DNA of 48,366 bases from Malacoraja senta (GCA_038087875.1 JAXLNO010000354.1:1-48366), one strand, 5' to 3'; counted from the stretch's first letter, positions 13,142 through 24,827 are shown. Translations and numbers: made by a program. The notes: generated by a model from the letters alone, not told the origin.

Positions 13142-13575
13142 TAGAAACATAGAAAAATAGGTGCAGTAGACCATTCTGCCTTCGTGCCAGCACCGCCATT
13201 CAATATTATCAAGCTGATCAACTAAAATCAGTACCCCGTTCCTGCTTCCCCCCCCCATATCCCTTGATTCCTTTAGTCCCAAGAGCTAAATCTCTTAAAA
13301 ACATCCAGTGAATTGGCCTCCACTGGCAGATAATTCCACAGATTCACAGCTATCGGGGTGAAAAGGTTTTTCCTCATCTCAGTCCTAAATGGCCTACCCC
13401 TTATTCTTAAACTGTGACCCCTGGTTCTTGATTCCCCCAACATCAGGAACATTTTACCTGCATCTAGCCTGTCCAATCCTTTGAGAATTTTATATGTTTC
13501 TATAACATTCCCTCTCATCCTTCAAAATTCCAGTGAATATAAGCCCAGTCGACCCATTCTTTCATCAGACATTAA
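13142..13575 (-). mobile_element. CR1 LINE 3' end
   Basis: ORF 13273..13518 (RGNVIETYKILKGLDRLDAG...TRGHSLRI); (tttctatg)-type tail. Confidence 0.9.
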
Positions 13576-13931
13576 TCTCCCACAAACACACAGTTACGAA
13601 CTCAGTGGGTCAGGCAGCATCTGGGGAGGGAATGGATAGATAACATTTTCGGTCATAACACCTCTTCAGACCAAAAACATATTTCCTCCCCAGATGCTGC
13701 CTGACCCACTGAGTTCCTCCAGCACTTTATGTTTTGCCCAAGATTCGAGCATCGGCAGTTTCTTTCTCAATTAATTTCCTACATATTCTAAGAAAACCAC
13801 AACGAACTGCACAAAATATACAAAAACTAGTTTAGTTTTCCATTGCAGTAGTGAGCTTCACAACTGCACAAATCAATCAGACAATCAATTCATGTTTCAA
13901 AACACGGTAAGTTTCAAGTGAGTTTCAGTAA

Positions 13932-14485
13932 AGGGCCTGTCCCACTTGGGCGTCATTTACGCGACAGGCCGGTGGTGACTGACGTGCGACAGTCATCTAG
14001 CAGTACGACAGTCGCGCACCAAGTGCTCTTGACGGCCCTGCTTCTTTTGGGAGCCATTTGCGATGTCGTTCGTACTTAGTCCGATCTCCGTGGCAAGGAT
14101 TTTCCCATTGAAAATTTTTCAAAACTATGCACACTTTATACCTGGGTGGTCACGTGGTGCGGCGCTCAAATGATGCGCAAATGGCGCGCCAACGGCGCAT
14201 GGTTACGGACGTTGACGCATAATAAATTAGCATAGGCAACATTCGTGCGTCACCGTGCGTAACCATGCGTCACCACACGCTACACGTACACCGTCAGTAC
14301 CTCAGCGTACGCCATCAGTACGTCAACGTGCACAAGGAATACGTCCCGCAGGTGGCGCGAGGATTTTGAGCATCCCAAAATCCTGGGCCGCCGTGCGTTA
14401 CCGCGCGTCACTGCATACGCCACCACGCACGCGCCAACAAATTTTTAGGATGTCGCGTAAATGACGTCCAAGTAGGACAGGCCCT
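13932..14485. mobile_element. PIF/Harbinger MITE, 554 bp, 35-bp TIRs, TAA target-site duplication
   Basis: Left AGGGCCTGTCCCACTTGGGCGTCATTTACGCGACA; right (reverse complement) AGGGCCTGTCCTACTTGGACGTCATTTACGCGACA; TAA at 13929-13931 and 14486-14488. Confidence 0.92.
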
Positions 14486-14820
14486 TAAGTCTGAAGGTCT
14501 AGACACAAAACATCGCCTGCCCATGTCTTCTCGAGATGTTAACTGCCCCAATGAGTTACTCCAGCACTTTAAAAAGTTTTACTCAGCAACCGTGATCCCG
14601 AGTTCACCTCAAAGCCATGGAACGATTAGAGCCATGGGCAAGTGCACACCAACAAATTACATCAGCAAACAAGCACCCACGATGTTTCTTTATTTAATGC
14701 TCTGGAAAAAGATGCAATGAATGGTGGCTTTAGTTAATTATTCCTGGGGGTGGTGATGGAACAGCATCCATTGTCACTTTGCTGATTATTTTTTTTGACG
14801 GGAAGTCCAACCGGGCTCTG

Positions 14821-15135
14821 GAGGAGGGGGGGAGGGAGGAGGAGGAGAGGAGGACGGGGGGTGGGTGGGGGGGAGGAGGGGAGGGGTGGGTGGGGGGGAG
14901 GAGGGGAGGGGAGAGAGGGGGAGAGGGGGGAGAGGAGAGAGGAGGGAGAGGAGAGAGGGAGGAGGGGGAGAGGAGAGAGGGGGGAGAGGAGAGAGGGGGG
15001 CGAGGAGAGAGGGGGGGCGAGGAGAGAGGGGGCGAGGGGGGAGAGGGGCGAGGGGGGAGAGGAGAGGGGGGGAGAGGAAAGGAGGGAGAGAGGGGGGCGA
15101 GGAGAGAGGGGGGCGAGGAGAGAGGGGGGGAGGGC
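14821..15135. repeat. Polypurine G/A-rich low-complexity tract with recurring GGCGAGGAGAGAGGGGG units, at the start of intron 1
   Basis: About 315 bp almost entirely G/A on the + strand; explains the Pro-rich and Gly-rich ORFs in the track. Confidence 0.95.
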
Positions 15136-15229
15136 AAAGCAGGGAGTGAAGGCTGCATTGAAATCACCATGGTTATCAGTCCCACCCAGGGGCATCCATG
15201 GCAACTGCAGGTGTCCCCTCCTCACTCAC

Positions 15230-15335
15230 CTAGCAGAGCCCTCAGGTGCTTGAGGCGGGTCAGCACGTCCTTCTTTGGGTCCAGAACTTTCTGTGTAGAT
15301 TTCTTGACGTCTCCATGAGGCTTTCTGGAAAACAT
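15230..15335 (-). CDS. RALGAPA2: Ral GTPase-activating protein subunit alpha-2, first coding exon ([35 protein letters not shown] + phase-1 G)
   Basis: The reverse complement from ATG at 15335 gives 35 codons matching the RalGAP-alpha N-terminus as I recall it. DPKKDV...RALL favours alpha-2 over alpha-1 (DTKKDA...RIVI). It ends in a canonical donor G|GTGAGT at 15230/15229 and lies in a CpG island. Too short for the ORF track. Exon 2 was not found in the window. Confidence 0.92.
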
Positions 15336-15339
15336 CCCG

Positions 15340-15448
15340 TTCCGCGGGCGGCCAACACACAAGCGCCCGTCGTCTTCGCCGCCTGCCTGCCGCCCCTTGC
15401 GCCTTCCTTGATTTAATTCTGTGAGGAAGCCGTTCTCAAGCCGCCAAA

Positions 15449-15496
<48 letters not shown>

Positions 15497-15730
15497 TTTC
15501 CCCCCTCCTCTTCTCTCCCTCTTCTCCCCCCGCCCCGCTTCTGTCGACGTTGCCCTCTCGCTCAGTGACACCGCGCTCTGCTCGCCGTCCTCTCGGGTGT
15601 AAACACGGAACTCGCCGCCATCAGGCCCGCCCGCTACCCCTCCCCCCGCACTCACACCTGCGCGCTGACGTCAGGCGCCGGGCGGAGTGGGCGGGGCACG
15701 GACTCGGCGGCGTGCTCCGCCCTGCGTGTG
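15340..15730 (-). promoter_or_regulatory. CpG-island promoter/5' UTR of RALGAPA2 with a perfect CRE (TGACGTCA, 15666-15673) and tandem GC boxes (GGGCGG, 15680-15685 and 15689-15694)
   Basis: CpG-dense non-repeat sequence immediately upstream of the ATG; motifs read directly; no TATA box seen. Confidence 0.8.
15453..15492. repeat. (TC)20 microsatellite in the putative 5' UTR
   Basis: Direct reading. Confidence 0.95.
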
Positions 15731-16250
15731 TGTGTGAGATTGTATACAATGTATACACACCTGCGTGAGTGAGAGACAGTGTATGTCTGTGAGTGAGAGA
15801 GTGTCTGTGAGTGAGACAGTGTATGTGAGTGAGACAGTGTAGTGCGAGAGGGAAAGAGAGAGAGAGAGAGAGTGTCTTCCCAGAGGCCATTAGGACTGTA
15901 AACTCCTACCTCACCAGGGACTAACTTTACTGAACCATTCTACTGGTTTTTTTTTAATTGCTGTTTTTTTTTCCTTTTTCCTTCCTCCCACAATATGTAA
16001 TATGTAAAAGAATATGTGACTGTACCATTCTGTTTGTAGTTTGTTTGTTTGTTTTTTGCACAAAGTCCGCGAGCATTGCCACTTTTCATTTCACTGCAAA
16101 TCACGTATGTGTATGTGACGAATAAACTTGACTTGACTTGAGTGAGAGTGAATGAGTGTGAGAGTTTGAGAGAGAGAGTGTGTGTGAGAGAGAGAGTGTG
16201 TGAGTGAGAATGTGTGAGAGAGATAGAGAGTGAGTGTGTGTGAGTGAGGA
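15726..16250. repeat. Degenerate (TG)n/(GA)n microsatellite region interrupted by a Rex1-like 3' end (about 15877-16140)
   Basis: GTGA/GAGA arrays on both sides; the insert begins ttcccagaggccattaggactgtaaac and ends aataaacttgacttgacttg. Confidence 0.75.
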
Positions 16251-16309
16251 TCATAAGGAATAGGAGTAGATTTAGGCCATTCGGCCCATCACCCCGCCAT
16301 TCAAGAGAC

Positions 16310-17100
16310 ATTTATTGTCAGATGCACCAATTGGTACAGTGAAATTTGGGATCACCATACACCCAGACAAATAAAAAAGAACACAACACACGATAGACTT
16401 TAACATAAACATCCCCACACAGTGGCATCAAAGTTTCCCACTGTGAGGGAAGGCACCAAAGTTCAGTCATCCTCCTCTCTGTTGTTCACCCTTGGTCGGG
16501 GCCTCCCGAGCTCCTCCGCAGTCGCCGCTACGGGCAGCCCGATGTTCAGGCCCTCTCGCTGGGATGATGGAACTCTGATGTCGGAACGGAAGAACATTCT
16601 CAGCGGCTTGGACTTCCGAATCGGCCACTTCTTACCGGAGACCGCGTCTCCCGAAGTCCACAAGCTGAGCTGGGCGGAGATTCATACTGGTGGCCCTTGG
16701 CAAAGGGATCAACAGGACTCCACGATGTTGAAATCAGCATCGCCCTCGGCTGGGAGCTCCGCAAACCACAGCTCCACGATGTAGAAGCAGCAGGCCCAAC
16801 ACTCCGGAGCTTCAAACGGCGATCCCAGGTAAGGCATCGCCCGCTCCGCGATGAATCCAGTGCTGCGCCGCCGCTGAAGCTCTGGTCGGTCTCCGGCAGG
16901 AAAGGCTGCGCCAATCCAGTTGGTAGGCCACGAAGGGAGGGAGGGGGGGTGGGGGCGAAGATGCGAATCAGAGAATAACCGCCAGGAAGTGACTGAGAAA
17001 CGGTTTCCCCCTTACCCTACCCATGTCGCCCACATAAAAAGACTAAGAAACCTCCGAAACATACTTTTTAAACAGACTAAAAATTAAAAAAAGATGGGAA
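16310..17100 (-). repeat. CpG-rich interspersed repeat of uncertain class (Rex1-like tail at left end)
   Basis: Begins tttattgtcagatgcacc...; the segment taaacatccccacacagtg...cctctct resembles the reverse complement of 43770-43850. Confidence 0.45.
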
Positions 17101-17254
17101 AATTATGGCTGATCTATCTCTCCACCTGACCTCATTCTCCTGCCTTCTCCCCATAACTTCTCATAACAGTGCGTGAGAGAGAGAGTGTGTGTATGAGAGA
17201 GTGTATGTGTGTGAGAGATAGTATCCTTTCAGAACATAGAAACGTACAGAAGAC

Positions 17255-17620
17255 AGACACAAAAAGCTGGAGTAACTCAGCGGGTCAGGCAGCATCAATG
17301 GAGAAAAGGAATAGGTGACGTTTTGGGTCATGACCTTTCTTCAGACTGAGAGTCAGGGGGAAGGGAAATGATAGATATAGACAGTGAGAAAGAGAAATAT
17401 TGAACAAATGAATGAAAGAGATGTAAAAAAGTAACAATGTTTGGGAAATGTTCCATTGTTGGCTGTGGGCTAGGTGATAACGGGTTATACAGACAATGAA
17501 CCTCATAAGGACGACAGTGAAACTAGTACGCCGACTAAGATGGGGGAGTGACGGAGAAAGAGGGGATGCAAGGGATACTTGAAGCTAGAGAGATCAATAT
17601 TCATACCGCTGGGTTGTAAG
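17255..17620 (-). mobile_element. Penelope-like element 3' end: GIY-YIG C-terminus, 3' UTR and hammerhead-like core
   Basis: Minus strand encodes LQPSGMNIDLSSFK (typical end of a PLE GIY-YIG ORF), contiguous with the core at 17317-17344 and the family tail. Confidence 0.8.
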
Positions 17621-18064
17621 TACAGCATAGGAACAGGCCCTTCAGCCCACAGTGTCTGTACAGAACATGATGTCAATATCTGAAGGAGGAGACGACCTGA
17701 AACGTCACCTATCCATGTTCCTTCCCCCGGGATGCTGCCTGACCCTTGTGTTACTCTGGCATTTTGTGTCTTTCTTTGGTAAACCTGCATCTGCAGTTCC
17801 TTCTTTCCATGATGCAAAGATAAACTAATCACATCTGCCTGCACATGATCCCTCCCTGGAAACAATGATATGCAGACGCTTGTTTACACCAAAGTACAAA
17901 GTGCTAGAATAACTCAGCGGGTCAGGCAGTGTCTCTGAGGAACATGGATAGGAGACGTTTTGGTGTTGGGACCGTTCTTCAGACCCCACTGTGTCTGAAA
18001 GAAGGTCCCTACCTGAAATGTCACCTATCTATATTCACCTTGCAAAATGCAATGTTTTGCACTT

Positions 18065-18715
18065 AGAATCATAGAATCATACAGCGTGGAAATGAGCCCC
18101 TTCGGCCCAACTTTCCCACTCCGACCACGATGCCTCATCCACGCTAGTCCCATCTGCTTGCGTTTAGCCCATATCCTTCTAAACCTTTCCTATCCATATA
18201 CCTGTCCAAATATCTTTTAAATGTTGTGATAGTACCTGCCTCAACTACCTCCTCTGGCAGCCCATTCCACATATCCACCACCCTTTGTGCAAAAACGTTG
18301 CCCCTCAGATTCCTAATAAATCTTTCCCCTCTCACCTTAATCTTGTCCAGATTAAACTCCATCTGCCATTTCACTGCCCATATCTCCAACTGATCGATAT
18401 CATTTGACAACTTTCTTTGCTATCCACACCTGCACTCCATAGTTACTAATCAGACCATCTACATTTTCATCTGAATCATTAATATATATTATATATTAAT
18501 ATCAACAAGGTTCGACAAGGTTCTGCATGGTAGGCTGCTCTGGTAGGTTAGATCGCATGGGATCCAAGAAGAGATACCTGAATGGATAGAAAACTGGCCA
18601 TGGATGGAAGCAGAGGGTGATAGTGGAAGGTTGCTTCGTGGACTTGAGGCAGGTGCCAGTGTGGGCAAGTTGGGCCAAAGGGTCTGTTTACACACTGTAT
18701 CACTCTATGACTATA
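18065..18715. mobile_element. Two internally deleted CR1 fragments in opposite orientation
   Basis: Minus ORF 18144..18410 (KWQMEFNLDK joined to IKVRGERF...WNGLPEEVVEAG); plus-strand FDKVLHGRLL remnant joined to a CR1 3' tail. Confidence 0.75.
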
Positions 18716-20304
18716 TATTACAATCAGCAGAGAATGAGAACTCTTTCATGTTGAAGAATAATAGGAATGTTCACCAATATCTCCGTGAATGGGAGTAACG
18801 AGATATGACTCAAGCCCAGAAAACAGGATGCAAATATTACATCTGCATTTCAGAAACTATGAGGGCCTATGAGGGCAATGGAATACTTCTCCATACTCAA
18901 CACTTCCACAAAGAGAGCAATATCAATAAATTTGCATCTGCTAAAAATTAATTCTCCATATGATTTAAGCACATGGCATTAGCTGGAGGAAATATTTAAA
19001 ATTCTGAAAGACCTGAAACATTGATCCTGTATCTTCACAGATGTGCCTGTGCTTTTGTGTGCATTTTGTGTTTTGATGTGACATTATCTGTCATATTCAG
19101 TTTGGCAATGCTGGTGTCAGAACAGCGATTGCCCACTGTCATAAACCTCTACAGGATTCTTCTGAATATTCCATCTACCTCTACCATCTCCTTAATGACA
19201 GATGGCTGGATTGTGCTACAAATTTCTGCACACACATCTTGCAGGAAATTCAAAGTAAATTTGGACCCTTGTCATGTAACTAATGGACATTATGGAGCAG
19301 GATGTTATGGCTTCCTTTCGAAATGACTGCATCTGTGAAGTCCTGCACAAACACATTATTAAACTCCTTTACCAAATTACACTAGTCTTTCTTTTAAATC
19401 TTGTGACTGATTCTTGCTCATTTGATTGTACCAATATTTTTGAACCAAAATAAAATACCAACAATTATCAATTGATGCCTCTTCCAAGTTTACCATTTTG
19501 TTTCCTATGTTTTCACTAAAATTAATGGTATAGATTTCAAACTCCATGTTTTGGGGGACTGAGCCTAAATTCAATATATATAATTGTGCACTATTTTGTT
19601 CTTAAGAAAGACCTTGTGCAATAATTTGGTAAATACCAGAGTTAAAGAATGCACAATGTTTTATTTTGTCATGTTGTCCATTCCTGAAATCTCACAACTC
19701 TTGCTCCAATGCAGAATACGTTCATAAATTCCATCACTATGGAAATAAATGGTCACGCCTGTTTGGTGGGATTCCATTATAAATGTAAATAATAATGGCC
19801 AACCTGCCTGGTTTGAAGTCTTTCATTTACAGTAAGTACAGTTGTCCTTCTGTACATTAATTGTATCATAGATTCAAAACATTCTCTTGCAGTGTGCCTA
19901 ATGCTTCTCATTGTCAATATCCATTGACTTGGCCTCCACAGCCCTCTGTGGCAATGAGTTCCACAGATTAACTTACCTAAAGAAGTTCCTCCTCACCTCC
20001 TTTCTAAAGGATGCCACTTCATTCTGAGGCTATGACCTCTGGTCCCAGACTCTCCCACCAGTGGAAACACTGTGACTAACTTAGATGGTGCTTCTTGGGC
20101 CTCATGGACAAGTTGGGCTGAAAGGCCTGTTTCTATGCTCGATACCTCTTATGACTCTAAATTTAGCTTGGCCCAGCGCAATGCTGTCAGTTCCTTTCAT
20201 GCCCGCCACCACTCCATGTGGGTGTTGCAGGCTGCACTTGACATGCTCAGCCGCCCAGCTAAAGTAAGGCCTCCGGTGGCCGCCTAGTTTCCACATAAGG
20301 ACAC

Positions 20305-20617
20305 GGGGCAGCACGGTGGCACAGCGGTAGAGATGTTGTCATACAGCGCCAGAGACCCGGGTTCGATCCTGACTACGGGTGCTGTCTGTACGGAGATTGT
20401 ACGTTCTCCCTGTGACCATGTGGGATTTCTCCGAGTGTTCTGGTTTCCCCCCACACTCCCAAGACAAACAGGTTTGTAGGTTAATTGGCTTAAGTAAAAT
20501 TGTAAATTGTCTCTAATGTGTAGGATAGTGCTAGTGTGTGGGATGATTGCTGGTTGGCATGAACTCGGTGGGCCGAAGGGCCTGTTTCCGCGCTGTATCT
20601 CTAAAGTCTAAAGTCTA
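20305..20617 (+). mobile_element. HE1-type V-SINE
   Basis: tRNA-like head (tggcacagcggtagag...gggttcgatcc), central domain, CR1-derived tail gggccgaagggcctgtttcc and (ctaaagt)n. Confidence 0.9.
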
Positions 20618-22089
20618 TAATGACCTGTGGCCCCTGCAGCCACGCCATCTCATCAGTGCCATGTTTCTGGAATTTAATTTCCTATATGAGAACAAGGCTA
20701 TGAGAACATTCATTATTTGTATTACCCAAAGAATTGTTTGAGCACTGAAAGATTCACATAGGAGGCAAGTGCAGCTTCCAAGAGAAGATAATTAACTTAA
20801 AGATCTGCTTCCTCATCCTTAGTCCTTCTTGTGTGGATACGACCACAGCTTTGAGGAAGATGAAGTTACAGGATGTAGCCCAGCAACAATAAAGATATAG
20901 TAATACATATCCAAGCAAGAGCAGTGTGTGACGTGTGACCTGTATATGGTGATGTTCTCATGTCCTTTTAGCCACGTACTTTCTGATGGTGATCATAGGT
21001 TTCAGAGGTACTGATGAAATGGATTGCGCACACTACAGCATGATTCATAGCTAGTGGAGGAAGTGAATGGTTGAGGTGTTGAATAAGTTCTTCAACAAGT
21101 GGTAGTTTTGTCCTAAGATAGACACAAGAAGTTGGAGTAACTCACCCAGTCAGACATTATCTCCTGAGAAAAGGAATAGGTGGCGTTTCGGGTCGGGACC
21201 CTGGTGTTTAACTTCTTTAGCATTTTTGGAGTTTCACTGAGTGTGTATTCGTTTGCATTCCTGACGTGGGCCTGGCAGGTAGTGTAAGGGTTTTGCGAAT
21301 CAGGAGGAGAGCTGATTCCTGCAGAACCACAGAGTCTCTGGTTTGTTCTTGTAGCTGCGGTATTTCTAGACAGCTGCTACAGTGAAGTATTCAGTCAGTG
21401 GTAATCTGCAGATATTGATGAGGGGGGTTGAATTTTGTTAACACTGTTCCATGTCAAGGGGAAGTGGTTGGATATTGTCTGACACTTGCATCACCCAAAT
21501 GCTCCTTACCACTTAAAAGCTCACATATGAATGTTTCTGTCTTGCTACATGCAGGTATGGGTGAATTGCAAATGGGACTAAGCCTATTTGCTATCTGATT
21601 GCTTGGGCTATGCATAAAACCATACCATACTTGTCAATCGAAAAACAGAGCTCTGAAATTTGATATGCCAAATTGTTGCCAGGAAGGGATTATAACCGTT
21701 AAAGATGTTTTGTTGTTAAAAGGAGATTCACTGAGAAAGTCAAGCTAAATTTATCTCTGTATGATTACTCATCTTTTAAGCAGGAGGGGTTATTAAGGCA
21801 TCGCAGGAAGCCTTCCTTTCCTTTCCACAGGCAGAAGACTGAAAGGTACCAGTAGTTTTATACACTCCTGCTCAACAATAGGCAGGGTGGATGTCCAACA
21901 TTGCAATCCTTCACCAAACCCAAACCACATTAAGGAAATATTTCAATGGTATTTTATTGTTACATATCAAGATATAATGAAATTATTTTCTTGCATACAA
22001 TTCAGTAAAAACCTTTCCATACATAGGCACAATCATACTTAAGTATACGAGTGTAATAAAAGTAGATTATACTGAGGCAGTATGCAAGA

Positions 22090-22405
22090 GGGTGGCACGA
22101 TGGCACAACGGTAGAGTTGCTGCCTTACAGCACCAGAGACCTGGGTTCGATCCTAACTACGGGTGCAGTCTGTACGGAGTTTGTGGATTCTCCCCATGAC
22201 TTGTGTGTATTTTCTCTGGGTGCTCCGGTTTTGTCCAACACTCCTAAGACGTACGGGTTTGTAGGTTAATTGGCTTGGTAAAATTGTAAACAAATTGTCC
22301 CTAGTGTGTGTGGGATAGTGTTAGTGTGCGGGAATCTCTGGTCGGCGTGGACTCGGTGGGCCGAAGGGCCAGTTTCCACGCTGTATCTCTAAACTAAACT
22401 AAACT
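22090..22405 (+). mobile_element. HE1-type V-SINE
   Basis: Same structure, ending in (ctaaa)n. Confidence 0.9.
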
Positions 22406-22718
22406 GGATTTTATTCGACATCTTGTACCTTCAAGTTAAAAATTGTTAAAATTGTAGAATTTTAACTTGGCCATAAAGGCCTGTTGGCCTGGCAGCGGCA
22501 GTGCGTTAGAGTTGCAAGGGTCAGCCTAGCCTAACGCTGTTGTTGATGCCTTCCACCGCTGCTCTGTCGCTCTGTGCCTCTGCAGGCCACGTCAAATCCA
22601 GCCTTGGAGCGGCGCCCGATCTAATGCTGCAGAAAGTACAAATTGCATCACTCTTGCCTGCCATCAGAATTAAAGAAGTGTCAGAAGGAACTACAGATGC
22701 TGGTTTACACCGACGAAA

Positions 22719-23391
22719 AGCAGTGAAGAAAGCGAATGGTATGTTAACATTCATAGCAAAAAGATTTGAGTATAGGAGCAGGGAGGTTCTACTGCAGTTG
22801 TACAGGGCCTTGGTGAGACCACACCTGGAGTATTGTGTACAGTTTTGGTCTCCTAATCTGAGGAAAGACATTCTTGCCACAGAGGGAGTACAGAGAAGGT
22901 TCACCAGACTGATTCCTGGGATGGCAGGACTTTCATATGAAGAAAGACTGGATAGACTCGGCTTGTACTCGCTAGAATTTAGAAGATTGAGGGGGGATCT
23001 TATAGAAACTTACAAAATTCTTAAGGGATTGGACAGGCTAGATGCAGGAAGATTGTTCCCGATGTTGGGGAAGTCCAGAACAAGGGGTCACAGTTTAAGG
23101 ATAAGTGGGAAGTCTTTTAGGACTGAGATGAGAAAAAGAAATTTCACAGAGAGAGTGGTGAATCTGTGGAATTCTCTGCCACAGAAGGTAGTTGAGGCCA
23201 ATTCATTGGCTATATTTAAGAAGGAGTTAGATGTGGCCCTTGTGGCTAAAGGGATCAGGTGGTATGGAGAGAAGGCAGGTACAGGATACTGAGTTGGATG
23301 ATCAGCCATGATCATATTGAATGGCGGTGCAAGCTCGAAGGGCCGAATGGCCTACTCCTGCACCTATTTTCTATGTTTCTATGTTTCTATG
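22719..23391 (+). mobile_element. CR1 LINE 3' end with an uninterrupted ORF2 C-terminus
   Basis: ORF 22540..23292 from AVKKANGML...LVRPHLEYCVQFWSP...WNSLPQKVVEA; (tttctatg)n tail. Confidence 0.95.
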
Positions 23392-23393
23392 AA

Positions 23394-23582
23394 AGACACG
23401 AAATGCTGCAGTAACTCAGCGGGTCAGGCAGCATCTCTGGAGAAAAGGATTAGGTGACGTTTCGAGTCGAGACCCTTTGTCAGAATGTGAGTCAGGGTGG
23501 GGGAAACTAGAGGTATGGGAAGGTACAGCACAAAGCAGAGCCTGCATCGATGACGCAGGGAAGGTGGAGCCCACAATGGTCA
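23394..23582 (-). mobile_element. Penelope-derived terminus with a degenerate hammerhead-like core (23456-23483)
   Basis: gtaactcagcgggtcaggcagcatctctggag...gtgacgtttcgagtcgagaccctttgtcag. Confidence 0.75.
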
Positions 23583-24827
23583 AAAAGCGGTGGATAACAC
23601 ACGTGGCTGTAGTAGTGAGTCCAGGTTAAAGCGTTGCCGGAGAGCAGGAGGAATCACAGAGGGAGGGTGTTGTCTATAAGAATGAAAGAGCTGGGCTTTC
23701 CAAACACATGCAGGGCTGAGGAAGGAAGAAGGGTTACCCCTACAGGAACATCAAAGGCAACTGAAGCAACAGTCTCCGCTTTGTACGAATCAATCGTAAG
23801 AAGCATCTGCAAATTGCTCAGGACAGGAGTGACTGGATGTCTCAGATAAGATCAGCATTTTAACAACTTTGAGCAGGAACGACTCCACGCTGTACTTGAA
23901 AGGTGCCTCAGTGCTGAATTATCCGACATTGTGTTTGCAGACATCCTGTCTCTGCAGCACAGCTGATTTTTGAGTTCATCCTCCAGAGTGATACACGTAG
24001 CCACTATGAGGCAACACCATCATCTCTATCAGTGATACAATTACCAAAGCACAGGAAACTTGCTCATTCGTAGCAGATATTTATCTAAGGCATTCAACAC
24101 AACTGCATCCGCTGAGTTTCTCCAGCATTTTTGTGGCCTATTTCCTTCGTTCCATAGAAGCTGCTGCACCCGCTGAGTTTCTCCAGCATTTTTGTGTACC
24201 TTCTCAATTTTAAAGGTGGCTGAAGAAATCTTTGCTAATTCCACCAGCAAACGCAGGGCTATTCTTGGAATTAGTTTGACAATTAGTTCCTGGAATTAGG
24301 TCTGGGGGGGGGGGGGGGGGGAGAACAATTGGGGAGCCGGCACAGGGGGTACTTTGTGGGCCACTATTTGCATACCTTGGGTATTCAAGCAAAGAATTTC
24401 ACTGTGACAATAAAGTATTCATTCATTCATTCATTCGTTCATTTTTGCAGCACCTTGTTCACCATATTTCTCTCTTCATCTTGTCAAAGCATGCGGCACC
24501 TTGTTGCCATTTAACCATGGAGGGCCACAAGTTAAAACTATTTCTACAGGGTGCGGAAAGCTGCTGGATTGTGAAACAAACCTCTGTGATTCCCCCTTCC
24601 CTCCAACTCTACGACTTTGCCTACTCTTCCAGATGGACAAACCTTAACGCATTCAGTTCAGGTTTTCTATTTTGAAATAGCCTTATTTTGATACAACATT
24701 AATCAGAATATTACTGCAAAGTAAAAGGAAAATTAAATAGAAATACGTGTTCATGGAGGTTTAACTGGAGATTTCTGCGAACTCGATAGGCTTGGTATTT
24801 AGCTGATACAAAACAAAATACTGTACA

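Noticed and set aside
14730..15318. Several 94-179 aa Pro-rich and Gly/Glu/Arg-rich ORFs
   Set aside because: Artefacts of the stop-free polypurine tract; the real coding exon is the short minus-strand one
19033..19340. 11-bp inverted repeat CTTCACAGATG/CATCTGTGAAG bracketing a 101-aa ORF
   Set aside because: No TSD, short match and no recognisable protein; probably chance
20800..21600. Possible old RTE-X-like retroelement remnant
   Set aside because: Resemblance too weak to support by eye
22540..23292. 250-aa ORF as a possible host gene
   Set aside because: A CR1 ORF2 C-terminus read through from unrelated upstream sequence
24304..24321. G18 homopolymer
   Set aside because: Isolated simple run with no supporting context
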